Positions 49,625-64,000 are shown, numbered from the stretch's first letter. The stretch: 64,000 nucleotides of DNA from Geosiphon pyriformis uo1 (GCA_016748015.1 JAAOMT010000046.1:892697-956696), one strand, 5' to 3'. Notes: generated from the sequence alone by a model not told the origin. Program-made: numbers and translations.

Positions 49625-51524
49625 TGTTACGAGTAAACTGGGTAGAGTATGGTAATAACATTTAGTGCTTTATTTTTGGGTCTTTCAAGATTGTTTGCTC
49701 TTTCCACAGTGTTAGTATTATCAGTCTCTGAAGATCTATTCCTGAATGTGAGTCTACCCACTAAGTTTTTTGGTTATAAGGCACAAAGTTTGTCTTTCAT
49801 CGATTGTAACATTTTTCATAAATGTGAGCTTTTTTCTTTGTGCTAATGAGTGCAGTCATTAGGGTCTGGCATTGTTTTTTTGCCTTTCTAGTAAGCTACC
49901 AAAATAATGTTAATATCCAAAACTTAAGAGAAGCTTCTCTCTTTTACCAGGCTATTACAAAGTCTATTTCAAGACAGTCAATTTTTCTATGTTGCTGTTA
50001 CAAAAGAAGAAAGAAAATAAAATAAAAAAAGAAAAAAGAAAAAAAAAGAAAAGAATTAGTTCTCATCAATTGCTGTAATCAAGAGTGATTAGTCCAAATT
50101 GTTAAAGGTTTAAGGCATTTATGCTAATAGTATCTGTTCTAAAACAAAGGTAGGAAATACTGATTTTAATTTCAATTAAAATCTATAAGATTGGAGAACA
50201 TAAATTGGTAAATTGGATTTTTTTGTTTTTTATAATTATTGTATTTCGGACTATAGATATATAATAAGTATAATACAAAGTAAAATTGATTGCTAACTAA
50301 CTGTTTTTTCAACTTCTACAATTACTTGCTTTTATACATTCTTTTGGTTTTACAGGATTGCTTTCAATTGCTTTACTATTGCTAGTTATTGTTTTGTTAT
50401 TGCTAGTTATTACTCATTATTGCTAGTTATTGCTTGTGTTTGTTCTATGTTATCTCAAATTGTACTGTATTTTTCTTGTCACATTTTTTTGTTATATTTT
50501 CTCATAGCTTTTTGGTTTTTCTACTTAGTATTACTGAAGGTTTTTGGTCTCTTCTTAGCTCTTGTATGTTTGTTGTAATGCTGTTAATTCACGACTATGG
50601 GAAGTGTTTGAACCTCCAATAACTGAATTTTTTCTTCTTCAAATTATCTCCTATAATTTGAACTGTTAGGCTTATAAGTGGAATGGCCAATTCCGTGCTA
50701 GTTGCTTTGTGTAGTTACATTGTAGTAAACATTAACTCTTTCCCAGGAATTGCTCAACTGGAAGCTCATTAAAATGTGTAGTTACTTTGCTGTAAAAGTC
50801 AATTTTTCTACAGGAATCTTGTCTGTAGGCTACTCTAATGATTATAATAAGAAAAATAAAAGAAAGAAAATAAAAAAAATATAAAAGAAATAGAATTCTG
50901 TCAAGGGAAACGTTTTCTATTCAGGCTTGGAGTCACTAACAGTTTACTGAAATTGGTAGCTAATCAATTTCAAAACATTAGTTGGGTTTTGAAGATTTTC
51001 CAAGTGCAATAATTAAAAAATTTGGTTTTTCGAATTATTTGATATTTATTTCTTTTTGTGTATATAGGAATGGTTCTAAGAGGTAAATCTAAAGTAAAAT
51101 ATATTTTCTTGAAAAAAGAAGCTCTTCTTTTATACAACTTGTCATAACACTATTCTATGAACTTGAACTTTGCTCTTTTCTACAATTTCGCTGAACTAAA
51201 GATACATTTCGGCAAACTACAAGTTATTTCTGCGAACTATTAGATATTTTGGTGAATTATCAATTATTTTGGCGAATTTCTACAAATTTTGGCAAACTTT
51301 TAAATGTTACATATTTTGAGGTATTACATAATTGATCATTGCAATTAAGTTATATTTGTGTTATATACAAATTGGGTTATTAATTAAATGATAATTTCGG
51401 ACATTTTGCTAATGTAATAAGTAATAATTTGAAATGATAATATATGCTAATTAATGATAGAAATTATAAAGATAATTTTATGCTAAATAATATCTTTAAT
51501 TTCGTCTGGTAACATCAGGTAACA
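49625..51524 (-). repeat. 3' LTR of element D (49625-50528 plus 51519-51524), interrupted by a solo LTR
   Basis: Matches 59601-60490; the terminal GTAACA lies at 51519-51524, next to the PPT. Confidence 0.92.
50529..51514 (-). repeat. Solo LTR of family B
   Basis: Reverse complement of 9179-10162 over its full length; TSD TTAG/TCAG. Confidence 0.93.
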
Positions 51525-51543
51525 TTATCCCTTCCTTTTAAAA

Positions 51544-52272
51544 TTAAGCTCCTGCAAAATCATCTATTTCAGCCAAGTTTGTGTTTTTTGTAAAAAACTT
51601 GAATGTTGTCCCCAGTATTGTTTTTTGTAGAACTTTAAATTGGGTGTTTGTCATTTGTCCTATGTTGTTAACTGTGATAGTTTTCAGAGTTTTGTTTAGT
51701 AGTATCATTAAACAGTATTTAAATGCTAAATATAATTAGTATGTTGCTTTGTAGTATAAGTTTAAGTTGTTTCTTTTCACAAATTCTTCTACTTGTCTGC
51801 AAGCTTTTTTGTTGATCGTTCGATGGTTGAGGTCTTCATATGAGTTATTTAATCCTAATTGTAATTCTATTTTAAATAGTCAATAGATGAGTGGAAGTTT
51901 TTTTTTCCATTTCTTTACATTTTTAGGTGTCCATTCTCTTGTTACTAGCTTCAGTGTTTGCCTATTCAGACCCTTCCTTATTTTCTTAATCCTTACCCAA
52001 CACAGTTCTATTTCTGTTATTATCCTTTTCTTCTTAGCTGTGTTGAGTCCTATCTATGCTGTATCTTTTTTTCTTTTTTTTTTATAGAAAAAGGTTTGCT
52101 TGTAGAGATGAGACAGCTTAGTTCTAGTTGAACTCTTGTCCACTTCTTTCTTGCTCCTATCTTTGTATTGTATCTCTTTTTTATCAATTGTGATTTCTAT
52201 TTGAGTGAAAAATTGTTGAATTGCATCAAACAGTTGTTTCGAAAGTTGTAGAATTTGATCTGAAAGATCCAT
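51544..52272 (-). pseudogene. Element D ORF3
   Basis: MDLSDQILQLSKQLFDAIQ...MTNTQFKVLQ...DDFAGA*, before the PPT. Confidence 0.7.
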
Positions 52273-52355
52273 GTTGAAAAGATTCTATTGTTTTCTTGTC
52301 ATTTTCTGGGTGGTATATATACTTGAATTTTCCAATTTAATTTGTTATGTGTTGC

Positions 52356-53722
52356 CTACGTTTCGATGACAATGATTGGTTTCAAATCTCATAATATATC
52401 TTTTGGTCTGATTAATAGAATTTGTGTTCTTAGTTGAGGTACTAATGATAATAACTGTTGTTTTGCATGATAAATTTTTAATTGATTCTCATGAGCTACT
52501 TTCTTTAAAATCCTGTCTTCCAATCATAATTTGTAAGCTCCATTTCCTAAAGCTTTGTGTATATGGAATGGGCCATCTCATTTTGGGTCAAACTTTCCAC
52601 TCCATTGTTTCTCCGCTTTTGTATGATATAATAGTACTTGGTCTCCAATCTTAAATTCCATTGGTTGTTTGGATAGATGATTGTCATGTCTTTTTTTTTG
52701 TCATTTTTGAGCATTACTAATATTATCAGCTGCTGTTCTATGATTGTTTTCTAACGTTTCTATTAGCTGGTATGTTCTTTGGCATAAAGTAGCTTCAAAA
52801 TTTTTTTTGTTCATAGTTTTTGTTGGGTAGGATGCTATTTTTTGTTTAATAAGTAGCATTGCTTTTCTTTTATAGACTAATTCGAATGGTGTAAACTGTG
52901 TTATATTTTGTTTTAATGTTTAATATACAAAGAATACAGAAAGTATGAATAAGTTCTATTTTTGTTCATTTTTGTAACTTATTTTTGCTAATGCTTTACA
53001 TAATGTTCTGTTAAACTGTTCTATCAGTCCATTTGTTTGTGAGTAATATGATAATAATAAAGGTCATTTTATACCAAATTGTTGACACAATTCAGTTAAT
53101 GTAGTATTAACAAAATGTGTTCTTTGGTCTGATAACAATTTTTTCGAGCATCCATGTCTGCATATTAAATCTTGGTATACAAATTCGGCTACTGTTTTAG
53201 TGTCAGCTACTTGGATTGTTCTGGCTTCTGGCCATTTTGTAAGATAGTCTATAACTACTGTGATGTAACAATTTCTTTTAGATGTAATCAAGAAAGAACT
53301 AACCAAATCGATCCCAATTATATCAAATGGATTTTCAACTAAAATGGGTCAAAGTGGTTCTGTTATTCTGGTCCTTCTCTTTGCTGACATGAGTCACAAT
53401 TGAGAACATATTTAAAGATATCCTTATACATTGTAGGCCAATAGTATAGATTTGTTGTTTTTTCCAGAATCATGTCTTTGTTAAAGTGTTCTGCAGTTGG
53501 ATTGGAATGCATACTATATAATATAGCTTTTTTTTTACTGTCCTTGATCAATTGTTGTGAAGTGGTATGGTTTCATCATTTTTAATGATAGAATTGGTCA
53601 TTTTGAATAAAGTAATTTTGTGCTTGTTTCTGTATGGTATTTTGTTTCTGTTGAGATAAAATCTCTTTGAAACATAGTGTCAATAAGTACTGATATAATT
53701 GCTAATAAGTAAGTGTGTTTAT
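52356..53722 (-). pseudogene. Element D integrase, separate ORF
   Basis: HSNPTAEH..CDSCQ; IDYLTKWPEA; LSDQRTHF; DGPF. Confidence 0.9.
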
Positions 53723-53732
53723 GAGTCCAAGA

Positions 53733-56700
53733 TTAGGTTTGTAGTATCTTTGACAAACTGTCAGTGTTGGTGTTTTTGGATTCTTTCTTGTAATAAACTT
53801 TAAGTGAAAATTATTGCAGATAAGTACTCTATCTTACATATTTTTCTTCCAGCTGTGAGTTATTAAGTAGTCAGATTAATCTTTTATGATCAGTATATAG
53901 GTTGAATGGTTGGCTTAGGTAATATCTCCAGGTTTGTATTGTCCAATAAATGGCAAGACATTCCAAGTCTGTTGTACTATATATCTTTTCTACTGGACTT
54001 GTGTTATAGCTAGCATATACAATTGGATATTCCCTTTTGTCTGGTTTGATCTAAAATAAGATAGCTCCTAGTGTATTTTTCGAGACATCTGTAGCAACAA
54101 TGAAACTTTTGGTGAAATCTGAGTAAATCAATACTGGAAAAATAATTAACCACTGTTTGAGATAGTTGAATGTTTTCTGTTGTTCCTTCTTCCATTAGTA
54201 TGATACATGCTTAGATAGCAAATAATGAAGTGGTTTTGTGATGGTTAAAAAACTTTTGACAAACTGTTAGTAATATTCTGCTAATTTTAGGAATTCACAT
54301 AGTTCTCAAAGATTGATGAAAGCTAAGAAATCTTTAACTTTCTGAATTTTGTCTGAATTGGATTTGACTCCATCTTTGCTGATTACATGTCCTAAGAATT
54401 TCAGCTCAGTTTTCCTAAAGAAGTATTTGTTGGAGTTAAGTTTTAGTCCAGCATTTCAAAAACATTCAAAGACTTGTTGGAGATATAGCAAATGTTTGTC
54501 AAATATTTTTGAGAACATGTTTGTGTTGTCTAAGTAAACTATGACTGATTTCCATAGAATTTCCTTATATATGATGTCCATGAGATGCTGGAAGATAGCA
54601 GGAGCATTGCAAAGTTCAAAGAGCATTACATTGAATTCAAAATTTCCATTTTAGATAGTGAATGCTGTTTTCCTTTTGTCTTTTGAGTTTATTTCAACTT
54701 GCCAATATTCACTGGCTAGATCTAGTGACAAAAACTATTTCTTTTTTTCTAAGTTGTCTAGGATTTCTTAAATAAGAGGAGTGGGATAGCTATCTCCTTG
54801 GGTAATGCTATTTAATTTCCAATAATTCACACAGAATCATATCTTTTCATTTTTTTTTGTAACTAAAACCATTAGAGAAAACTAAGAGCTTAATGATTTT
54901 TTAATCAGTCTGTTGTCAAGCATTCATTGTATTTCCTGCTTAATCAGATTATTATCAAATGAGGGTATACAGTAAGCTTGCTGCTTAATAGATCGAGCAT
55001 CTCTGGTGTCAATCTGGTGTTTCACAATATTAGTATGTCCAAACTTATTTTTGTTGGCAAAGACATTAGCATATTGGTTCAACAGAATCTTAAGTTGCAT
55101 TTGCTGTAAAAGATTCAGTTTCCCAAGTTGAGTTTATTGATTTCTTCCAGCATGAACAAGTAACTTTCTTTTGGCAGATTTCATACTTGTAAGATAATAT
55201 TACAGAACAAGAACAATTGAGTAAAATCTGGAATGAGCTGGAGTTTTTCTGGATTCTGAATATCTGGAAATATGGAACCAATAAGAGTTCTCTTAGAAAT
55301 TTTGATAATGTCTTCAGTTGAATTGTGAATAGAAATTCTGAAGTGCTTATAAGCTTTGGCTAATAAGTACAGGTTAGTAATGTCGGCTAGTGAGTAGATC
55401 TTGAAATTGGTCTCGAAAATTAGTGCTTGGTTCTGAATTCTTCAGTCAACTTTGAGAATATACTGCTAATAAGAAGGAATAGAAATAATGGTGTTAGTGT
55501 AGATAAGTTCTATCTGGTTATTATTCTCTTTTGTAAAATTGACCATTATGTTCCCTCTTTTACTTTAGCCAAACCCATTAATTTCTTGGGCAGTAAGACC
55601 TAATTCTTCTCATGTGATAACTAGAGCTAGTTGGAGTATTTGGACTAAAGATAGGAAGATAGCTTGGGTGATTTTTTCATAAAATTCAATCTTGTAGGAT
55701 TTGTCTGAATTGTTTTATAGCATCATGATGATGTTTTCCATATATCCAGCATCGATAATTTCTCTTTTTACATCAATTTTTTTCTTTGCAAGGCTCAATC
55801 TAGATGCTACTTGTATCATAGTACTAATCAGAATTTCTAACACTATTTTGAGATCTATACTTACTAAGGAATATGGTGCTATTATTATGAGTGATTATTT
55901 GGGGTATTGTAAGTCAAAGCCAGTATTCATGTCATAGTTTTTTTCAGAGCAGATTCTTTCATTATTATCACTATACCATTTTAAATTTAATTTTTTTAAG
56001 AGGTCAGAATAGGTGAGATACTGTTCTGTTTTGGTAGTCTAATTCAGCTTCTGAAATAACATGTTCTTGGTAAGTAATTCCTTTTTTTCCTTAGGCTCAG
56101 ATAATTTGGTGATCAGATATAGAATTTTGGAAAGCAGATTGAACATGAGATTACACTTGTCATAATATTAGAAGTGGCAAGAAATTAAGCAGTGATTACA
56201 TAGTTTGGTATTTAAATTAACTAGCCATTGTTCTTGCTCTTTTCGGGTTGGGACCAATTCCTGATATTAGTTCTAAAATACATCAGGGTCATCTGTGAAA
56301 AAATCATCCATGGGATAGTTGGGTCTATTATATTTGGGTGTTTAAGAGTTGTCTTTGATTTTTTGTATCTTTTCGGGTGTGGTGCCTTTGGCTTTGGCAC
56401 TTGTCATTCTCTAAATTTTGTGATCATCGTGTGGATAACTGTCTAGTTTATTGAGTGCTCATTTCCAAGCATTCTTGATAGAGGTTTCTTTTTGTACTCA
56501 ATTGTTGATTAATATGATGTATTGACAAGCTTCGTCACATGTTTTTTCTTTGCCAGATACATCATTTCAGAGTTTTTTATCAGGCAGGATCTCATCATAT
56601 GCAAGGTATGGTATGTTGTTCCACTTGCCTTGTTATTTTAGTCATCCAAATTTTTCCAGTACACAAGATTTGCAGTAGCATTTGGTGGTGGTGGGCCATT

Positions 56701-59539
56701 TTTTATTGTCTCTGATACATGCATCCATAGTGGATAGCTTCTTTCTACAATCAACACATATTAGTCTTGGAGATTGGTAAAATAGATTTCTTTGGTCTAA
56801 GATTACATATCTTAGTAATGATGATTGGGGTTTTTCTTTGGCTCTGCTTTTTTTTTTTTTTTCCAGATTGATGATAGGGGTAGTTCAGTTTGATAATTGT
56901 CTGTCCATGAAACCTGATAGATCTTGATAGTTAGTAGTAGTGATGTGTCTTTGAATTCAATAAGGAGTTTCTTGATATGTTAGGTTTTAAAGTGTCCATA
57001 CATAGCTGAAACTCAGGCATGCTGTCTGTTGAATGTGAGTTGAAGTTTTTGGGTGTTTCAGTTGAAAGTAGCATTGGTTTTTGACAACCAATCATTTTCT
57101 ATCAGAGCTTGATATTGAGTAGCTTTTATAACAAATACTTTGGTAGGGATCTGAATTCCATTAATCTCGAAAGAGAAGTTGTCAATTTCTTTTATTGGGG
57201 TTTTTGTGTTTTCATCTGTTGTAATAATTCGAGCAGTAGCAGCACAGTTTACTTGACAACCTAGTTGGTCTATAAACTGTTTCATGATTATGCTACTGGT
57301 TGATCCACTATTCAGGATTAATTTAATGTCTATTCCTCTGACTCTGGCATCAGTGTATAGGGCTGTTATTAGTTTATCCTAATTGATGGCTGCTTTACTA
57401 AAAAGGCTATGGGTGTTCAAATTATTAATATCAAAAAAAAATATAGTGGCTAGGGTGGTGTTTTCAGTAATAGTGGCTGGTGAAATATTGCTTTTTGTTT
57501 GCTTGAAAGATTGGAAGATTTGTTCTACATCCCTCTCTTTCACAGATGTAGATTTATCAAAACCCTGGTTTTCTATGAGACTGAGATAAAAAGCTTGATT
57601 TGGGTATCTGGTTGGTGCTGGTCAAAATTGGGCAGGACCATAAGTAATTAGTCAAGACGGTTCACTGTTGGTTTGTACCTAATTGTTGTTGGAATTTTTC
57701 CATCTTTGATTATAGTTTATGGCTCAAAGTCTGAACTGACTATAAGAGGGAGTTTGATAGTGAGGGATTGCTTGTGTTATTGGTGGTAGTTGGTAATAAT
57801 TCTGGGGTGGTAGTTAAGTGTACAGGACTTGTTGTGTATACTGGGGTAGTTGATTTTAAGAGATGGGATATTGGGATACTATGTTTTGCTAATATCTTGG
57901 TTGCTGATATTGGTTTCCTTGATTTTAGTTCATTATCTTCTTTCTGCAGTCATGGGCAATGTGTCCAGATTTCTGGCAGTAGTAACAATTATGGAAATTG
58001 GATCTCCAAGATTGTTGCTATTGCTAACAGTTCTGTTGTTGTGGGTATTTGTTGTTGTGAGTATCTGTTGTTGTTGTTATTTTTTCTCCATTGTGATAGT
58101 TGGTAAGTTTCTGTGGTTCCAGCTAAAAATTCCTCAATTTTCTGAGTTAGTTTCTCACTTAATTGGGTTATTTTTGCATCAATGTTAGAGGTTCCATTAA
58201 TGGCTAAATTAACAGCTTGAGTATAGTTTGCTTCTTGTTCTGTGGACTCAAAATTGCGAGTAAGAGTGACAGCATCTTGTAGATTAGTTGGATGACAGGG
58301 TCTTATGGATCTTAGAATACTATTTTACAATCTTTTAATGAATTGATTAAAAACTTGTGCTGTGGTGTAGTAGTCTCTTTTAATAGCTAATATTTGATGA
58401 AAAATTTGATTGAATTGTCTGAGATAAATAGTTACTGCTTCATGATCTTTTTGTTTAATTATGTTGAATTGATTCTGCAATTAATTTAAAGTATTGGGAT
58501 CACAAAAATATCATAGAAAGATGAGCTTAAAGGTGTTAAAGTTGGTTGGTTTTTTTGCAAGGCTTTAATACTACAAGTTTGCAGTTCTGGTTAGAAAAAA
58601 TAGCAGCACTTGAATAGCTCTGTCATCATCCCAGTTGTTAGTGGTGATTGCTTTTTTGGCTTTCACAATCCACAAATACGCATTGTTTTCTTCTTCTGAG
58701 AATTTTTCTAACTTAGTAATATCTTGGTAAGCCATGATCTGGTTGATAGATGGGATGTTACTGGTTATATTTAAGGGGATTGGTGTCTGTGTATTTGAGT
58801 ATTCTCTGGATGCTAATACTGATTGTTTTCTTTTGTCACTTGAACCAATAGGTTGTAAAATAGCTGTTCTTTCTGTTAAAAAAAATGCTGATTTTACTGG
58901 GTTTTGTGCTGGTGGTTGTTCCCAAGTTGACATGTTTCCTTCTGTTTAACTAGCTGTTGGAGTAAGATTTCCAAACAGCAATCTGTATTCTCCTAGTGAT
59001 TTGGTTCAACTGTGTTGACCCTAAGGGTGTAGATTTCCAGGAGTTCATGGTATTTCCAACTGGGTTTCTGAGAGTGGGTTGAATACAATTCTACTTTGAG
59101 GTGTTTGATGGTATAAAGAAGTTGTTGAGAAGAAAAACTTTGATTTCTTGTTAACTGTGGACTTGTCTTGGACAGTTGCAAGATTATTGGATTCATACTC
59201 ATATTCCTTCAGATCAGATTCTACTGGTTGTTGTACTTAAGAGAATCATTTTGTCATGTAGTGTTTAATATCTGTATTGACTATGTATAGAGTTTTAGTA
59301 ATTGCTTGAATAGTGGTAGTTGTTGAGTACCCTAATAAGCTTTGATAGATTTATTCTCTAAGTTTTCTTGTATCAGTTGTACAGCCTAACAAGCAGTTGA
59401 TTTTTGCATTGATATAGTTGCAAAAATCACTTTTTGCGATAATGATTTCTGCTAGTATTTCTAGATCTTTTCAAAAATATTGAAATAATGCTCTTCTGTA
59501 AGAGGAATGGTTCTTTTCTATTGTTCCAATAGTCACCAC
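53733..59539 (-). pseudogene. Element D ORF1: Gag-protease-Cys-rich domain-dUTPase (~55555-55990)-RT-RNase H
   Basis: Knuckle FHNCYYCQKSGHIAHDC; LILNSGS; TGFDL, ASRLSL, IIDAGY, KITQ, NGFG; VYLDN. Confidence 0.9.
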
Positions 59540-59600
59540 TTTTGTGTATTTTTGGGATGTTCTGTTTCTGTGAATTTATAATCTCACAAAGAACACCAAA

Positions 59601-60490
59601 TGTTACGGGTAAACTGAATAGGGTATGGTAGTAACGTTTGGTGCTTTATTTTTGGGTCTTTCAAAGTTGTCTGCTCTTTCTGCAGTGTTAATGTTATCAG
59701 TCTCTGAAAATCTATTCCTGGATGTAAGTCTACCTGCTGAGTTTTTTGGTTATAAGGCACAGAGTTTGTCTTTTGTTAATTGTAACATTTTTCATAAATG
59801 TGAGCTTTCTTTTTCATGCTAACAAACACAGTCATTAGGGTCTGGCATTGTTTTTTCGCCTTTCTGGTAAGCTACCAAGATAACATTAATATCCAAAACT
59901 TAGAGGGAGCTTTCTTCTTTTACCAGGCTATTATGAAGTCTATTTCAAAACAGTCGATTTTTCTATGTTGCCACTCTAAACAAAAAAAAAAAGAAAAGAA
60001 AAGAAAAGAATTAGTTCCTGTCAATCACCATGATCAAGAGCAATTGGTCCAAATTGTTAAGAGTTTGAAACATTTATGTTAATAACATCTGTTCTAAAAC
60101 AAAGGTAGGAAATACTGATTTTAATTTCAATTAAAATCTGTAAGATTGGAGAACATGAATTGGTAAATTGAATTTTTTTTGTTTTTTATAATTATTGTAT
60201 TTTGGACTATGGATATATGATAAGTATAATACAAAGTAAAATTAATTGCTAACTAACTGTCTTTTTAACTTCTACAACTATTTGCTTTTATATATTCTTT
60301 TGGTTTTATAGGATTGCTTTCAATTGCTTCACTATTGTTAGCTATTGTTTTGTTATTGCTAGCTATTGCTCATTATTGCTAGTTATTGTTCATGTTTGTC
60401 TTATGTTATCTCGAGTTGTACCACATTTTTCTTGTCATGTTTTTTTGTTATGTTTTCCCATAGCTTTTTGGTTTTTCTACTTGGGTAACA
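59601..60490 (-). repeat. 5' LTR of element D
   Basis: TGTTAC...GTAACA, 890 bp, followed on the minus strand by TTTGGTGTTCTTTGTGAG (PBS). Confidence 0.95.
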
Positions 60491-63400
60491 CTACTTAATA
60501 TATTTTGAATATTACAAGTAAGTTCTTCAATATTAATGATATTTTAATCAACAATAAAAAAATGGTGGCTATTTTTACTAATTAAAGAGTCAAAAATACC
60601 TCATTATTAATTAGTAATCTGCTGGTTTCTATTACACAAAGTAAGAAGTCTTATAGATATCTTGGTATCTTTCTATTTTCTAATAATTTATTTAGGCCTA
60701 GTTTAAAGAAAATTTATTTAAATATCAGATTTTTTGCCAATATAATCTTAAGAAAAACTATTTTAAACAAGCAGTTCTTTTATTTAGTTTTAGTTGTTCT
60801 TTAATTTATTGTTAATTACAGAACTTAGTTTTGTTTTGTTTTTAAGAATATATATAACAAATAAGATATATTGATTAAAAAAAATTTGAAGATAAAAGCT
60901 GGCTTACTTAAAAATTTTTTCAATAAGACTTTTTATTATCCATTATTATATAATTTAAAATCTTTTAAGCAAATATAAGCAAAGAGTAAATTGGCTTTTT
61001 TATTGTATTTTTTAAATATTGGTGAAATTTTAAGATGCTTGTTTGAACACAAGTCTTTAGACTTACAAGTTTTGAGTTAGTTTTTTGTCTATTTTTTGTA
61101 GTATTCTGTAAAATTAAGAGTCAATTCAGTTAATAATTTCTTAGTTGATATAATAAAAATTTTTCTTGATTACAATATCTGTTTTACCAATTTTTTTTTT
61201 CTGTGTTTTGTTTTTTTGGTGGCATTTCTATATTCTTTGTCTTAAAAAATTTGGTGTTTTATAAAGTTTTTTACTTACTTAAGAGATTTGGTATTGTCTT
61301 TGTTAAACAATTCTATGATAAAAGAGAGTTGGTTTTTAATTGAAAATGTTTTTGTCATTAAAAAAGACTTAATTTCAGAGATCCAGTTTTTGCTTGGTTC
61401 AAGTTGGCTTGTAATTATCTGGTAAATCTTGCTCTATATTCTAATACTTAGTCATCTATTGGTGTCTTTTGACTTGTAAATGTTTTTGGTATTAGTGAGT
61501 TTTTTTCAGTCAAATAATGTCTCTCTAGTGCTGGTTTAAACATTATTAATGTCTATACAGATAAATCTTTAAAGATTTAGGCATCTGTTAGATAAGATAT
61601 AATACAGCTGTATTTTTTACCAACTTGAATTTAAGTATTAGTGTTGAGATTGGTGGTTTGGTGTCTTCTATAATAACAAAATTGCAGGTAATTGCTTTGG
61701 TATTGGAGTGTATTTTAGCTTTTAGTTATGTTAAAGTGTATTTAAATAGTTAAGCCACTTTGAATGCATGTATTACAAAATAAGTTATGATTTTATTTGA
61801 CTTTTGTAACTGCTGTTGGCTTGAAAGATAAAATGTTACAAACTCTATTAAATATAAGAATTTCAATGTTTTTTGAGTCAAAATCAAAGGCCATTCAGAT
61901 GTCTTAAGTAATAAGCATGCTAATATGCTGGCCAACTTATCTTCGTGTTTGAATTTGTTATTTTCTATCTTTGTTAAGAAAAAATATGTTAGTGCTGATA
62001 AAATAGTGGTATTTGAAAACATTTGTCATTTTATTTGTGATGTATTTAGAACAGTTTATCATGCTTGTTAAAAAATTGGGTCTGGTTTTGGTATTATTTG
62101 TAATAACATAATTAAGAATGTAGATTGAGTTCAGACTTCATTAGTTTGGCATCCAAACTTATATATAACATTAAATTATACAAGTAGAGTTTTTGCTGAT
62201 CTATATTTCTATTTTATAAAAACTTTGCATTATTGCTTACCAGTTACTATCCAAAAATACTTATATAATAAAAAGTACTTCAGTGTGTTGTGTCTATATT
62301 ATAGGAGAGTTGAGCTTTCTGATTATTTTTTTGTTTGTGTTATAGACTCTGGTATTCACAAAACAATACTTAATTTATGTATTGTCCAATAGAGTTTTGT
62401 GTTGAGTTTAAATTTGTCATCTTTGTGTATTTTCCAGTTGCTCTCTTTGTGTATATTTGACAATATTATGTACATTACTTTGTGTAAAGACTTTGTGTTT
62501 AGGAAGTGGTACTTAAAAGCTGTTTTAGTTTTTAGATATGCCAAGACTATTGGCATGAAAATTGTCAAATTGGTACATAAATTAGGGATTGCTCATTGAA
62601 TTAATATGTAAATAATAAGAACTAGATATAGAGCATTTATGGAAAAGAAAAGTTTAATTAGATGTAATAGTTCTATAATATTTGATATTTGTGGTCTTTT
62701 GTTTTCACTTTTTGTTGGTGTTGTTAGATTGCTTGGTATTATTAAAGCTTATAACATTAGTTTTGGTTTTTATATATTCTGTAATTTTTTTTCTGGTATT
62801 ATTAGTGTGATTTTTGTTATGATAAATTTATAATGTTGTTTTAATTGGTCTAAATGATTGGTCATGTATAAAAAATGCATGATTTGCACTTAGTTTAAAT
62901 TACTTAATTTGATGTATTGTGCTAGGTAGTATTTGGGTCTTACTCATAAAATGTTAAAAAAAAAAAACATACTATAGAAATTATTATTAAAATCATACAA
63001 AAAAGGCTTATATTATTATATTTAATCAACAAAATTAGTAATTAGTTTAATAATAACAAAGAAATATAATACAATCTAATTATTTAACTAAATTAAATAC
63101 CAAAAAATCTTGACAAACTAAAAAAAATACCAATAGAAATTAAGAATTAATATATATAATTTAATAACAACAGACTTTATTATGTTTTAAGATTATTATA
63201 CATTCTTATTTATATAGTTTAATATTCTAGATTTGTAATTACTATTTAAAACTAGTTATTAAAAAATGTAATTAATTAATCTATATTTAATTATGTTAAT
63301 TATAAGTATAATTAATATTAATAATATATAATTACAGTTCTAAATTTAGTTATTTAAATCTGATTATTTAAATTATTAGCTTCTAGAAAAATAACATGTC

Positions 63401-64000
63401 AAGTAAACTTACAATTAATTTAATTAATTTAATATATATAAATAATTAATGTACTTAAAATAGCTTTAATATAGTATATATATCTTATATAATTTAATTA
63501 TACATATAGCTTTCTATAAACTAAAGAAAGTATTAGTTTTATATTAACTTAACTCTTTTTTATAACTTTATAGTAAGCAGTTAATTATCTTTTTTATATG
63601 TTTTTTTTTTTTTTTATTAAAATTTAAATATTTTTTATCAATGTTTTAAGTATATATGTATTTTTTATTACTTTTTCGAATTTTTTATTATAATGTTAAT
63701 CAAAGTAATAAAAAATATTACATTGTTAAAAATTGGATTTTAACAATAATGTTTTAATTAATTAAATATTTTAATTATGTTTTTTTTATGAAATTTTTTA
63801 TAATTTTTTTATCTTTACTTTTAAAATAAGCTTTTAAATACCATATTTTTTTGATGATTTTTTAAAAAAAATTTGGTTATGTTTTTATTAAATAGTTTAT
63901 CTTTTGATTTCGATTTATTTTTTGTGTTTTAAATATAAATTTGATTATTTTTTCTTATAAAACTCATATTAAAACTAGTTTTTGTTCAAAAATAAATAAT

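Larger units (their letters stand above)
49625..60490 (-). mobile_element. Ty3/gypsy LTR retrotransposon D (dUTPase-encoding), full length
   Basis: LTR pair; perfect TSD CTAC (49621-49624 and 60491-60494); PBS at 59582-59598; PPT at 51525-51540. Confidence 0.95.
49208..62965 (+). mobile_element. 5'-truncated, strongly decayed LINE-C, split by element D
   Basis: Starts inside RT (LVLQNMQKTYNSV). The 3' UTR is homologous to LINE-B and poly(A) starts at 62956. 11-bp TSD AACATACTATA at 49197-49207 and 62966-62976. Confidence 0.9.

Overview
This is a very AT-rich eukaryotic window made almost entirely of nested, mutationally decayed transposons. I found no intact host gene, RNA gene or CRISPR array. 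Element types, short GT-AG introns and base composition suggest a fungus, plausibly Glomeromycota such as Geosiphon or other AM fungi (inference only). Left nest: an old Ty3/gypsy relic C contains element E. E's 5' LTR holds a solo LTR (G) and a pogo-type DNA transposon; G contains full-length element A (5672-26341), which contains full-length element B (9179-18812). Right side: gypsy relic F is split by a full-length RNase H-bearing LINE (38243-45143). A 5'-truncated LINE (49208-62965) is split by full-length gypsy element D (49625-60490, minus strand), whose 3' LTR holds a solo LTR of family B. The main finding is an unusual architecture shared by three divergent full-length gypsy families; relic C shows the last two ORFs. 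ORF1 probably starts at GTG and encodes Gag-protease-[unrecognised Cys-rich domain]-dUTPase-[dUTPase-like spacer]-RT-RNase H in one frame. The integrase follows as a separate ORF with its own start codon, and a conserved ~210-240 aa ORF3 runs up to the PPT. The pogo element carries captured gene fragments, including a TilS/PP-loop-like piece. All repeats show heavy C>T/G>A decay that is not limited to CpG. An exact 864-bp duplication around the N-gap is probably an assembly artefact.
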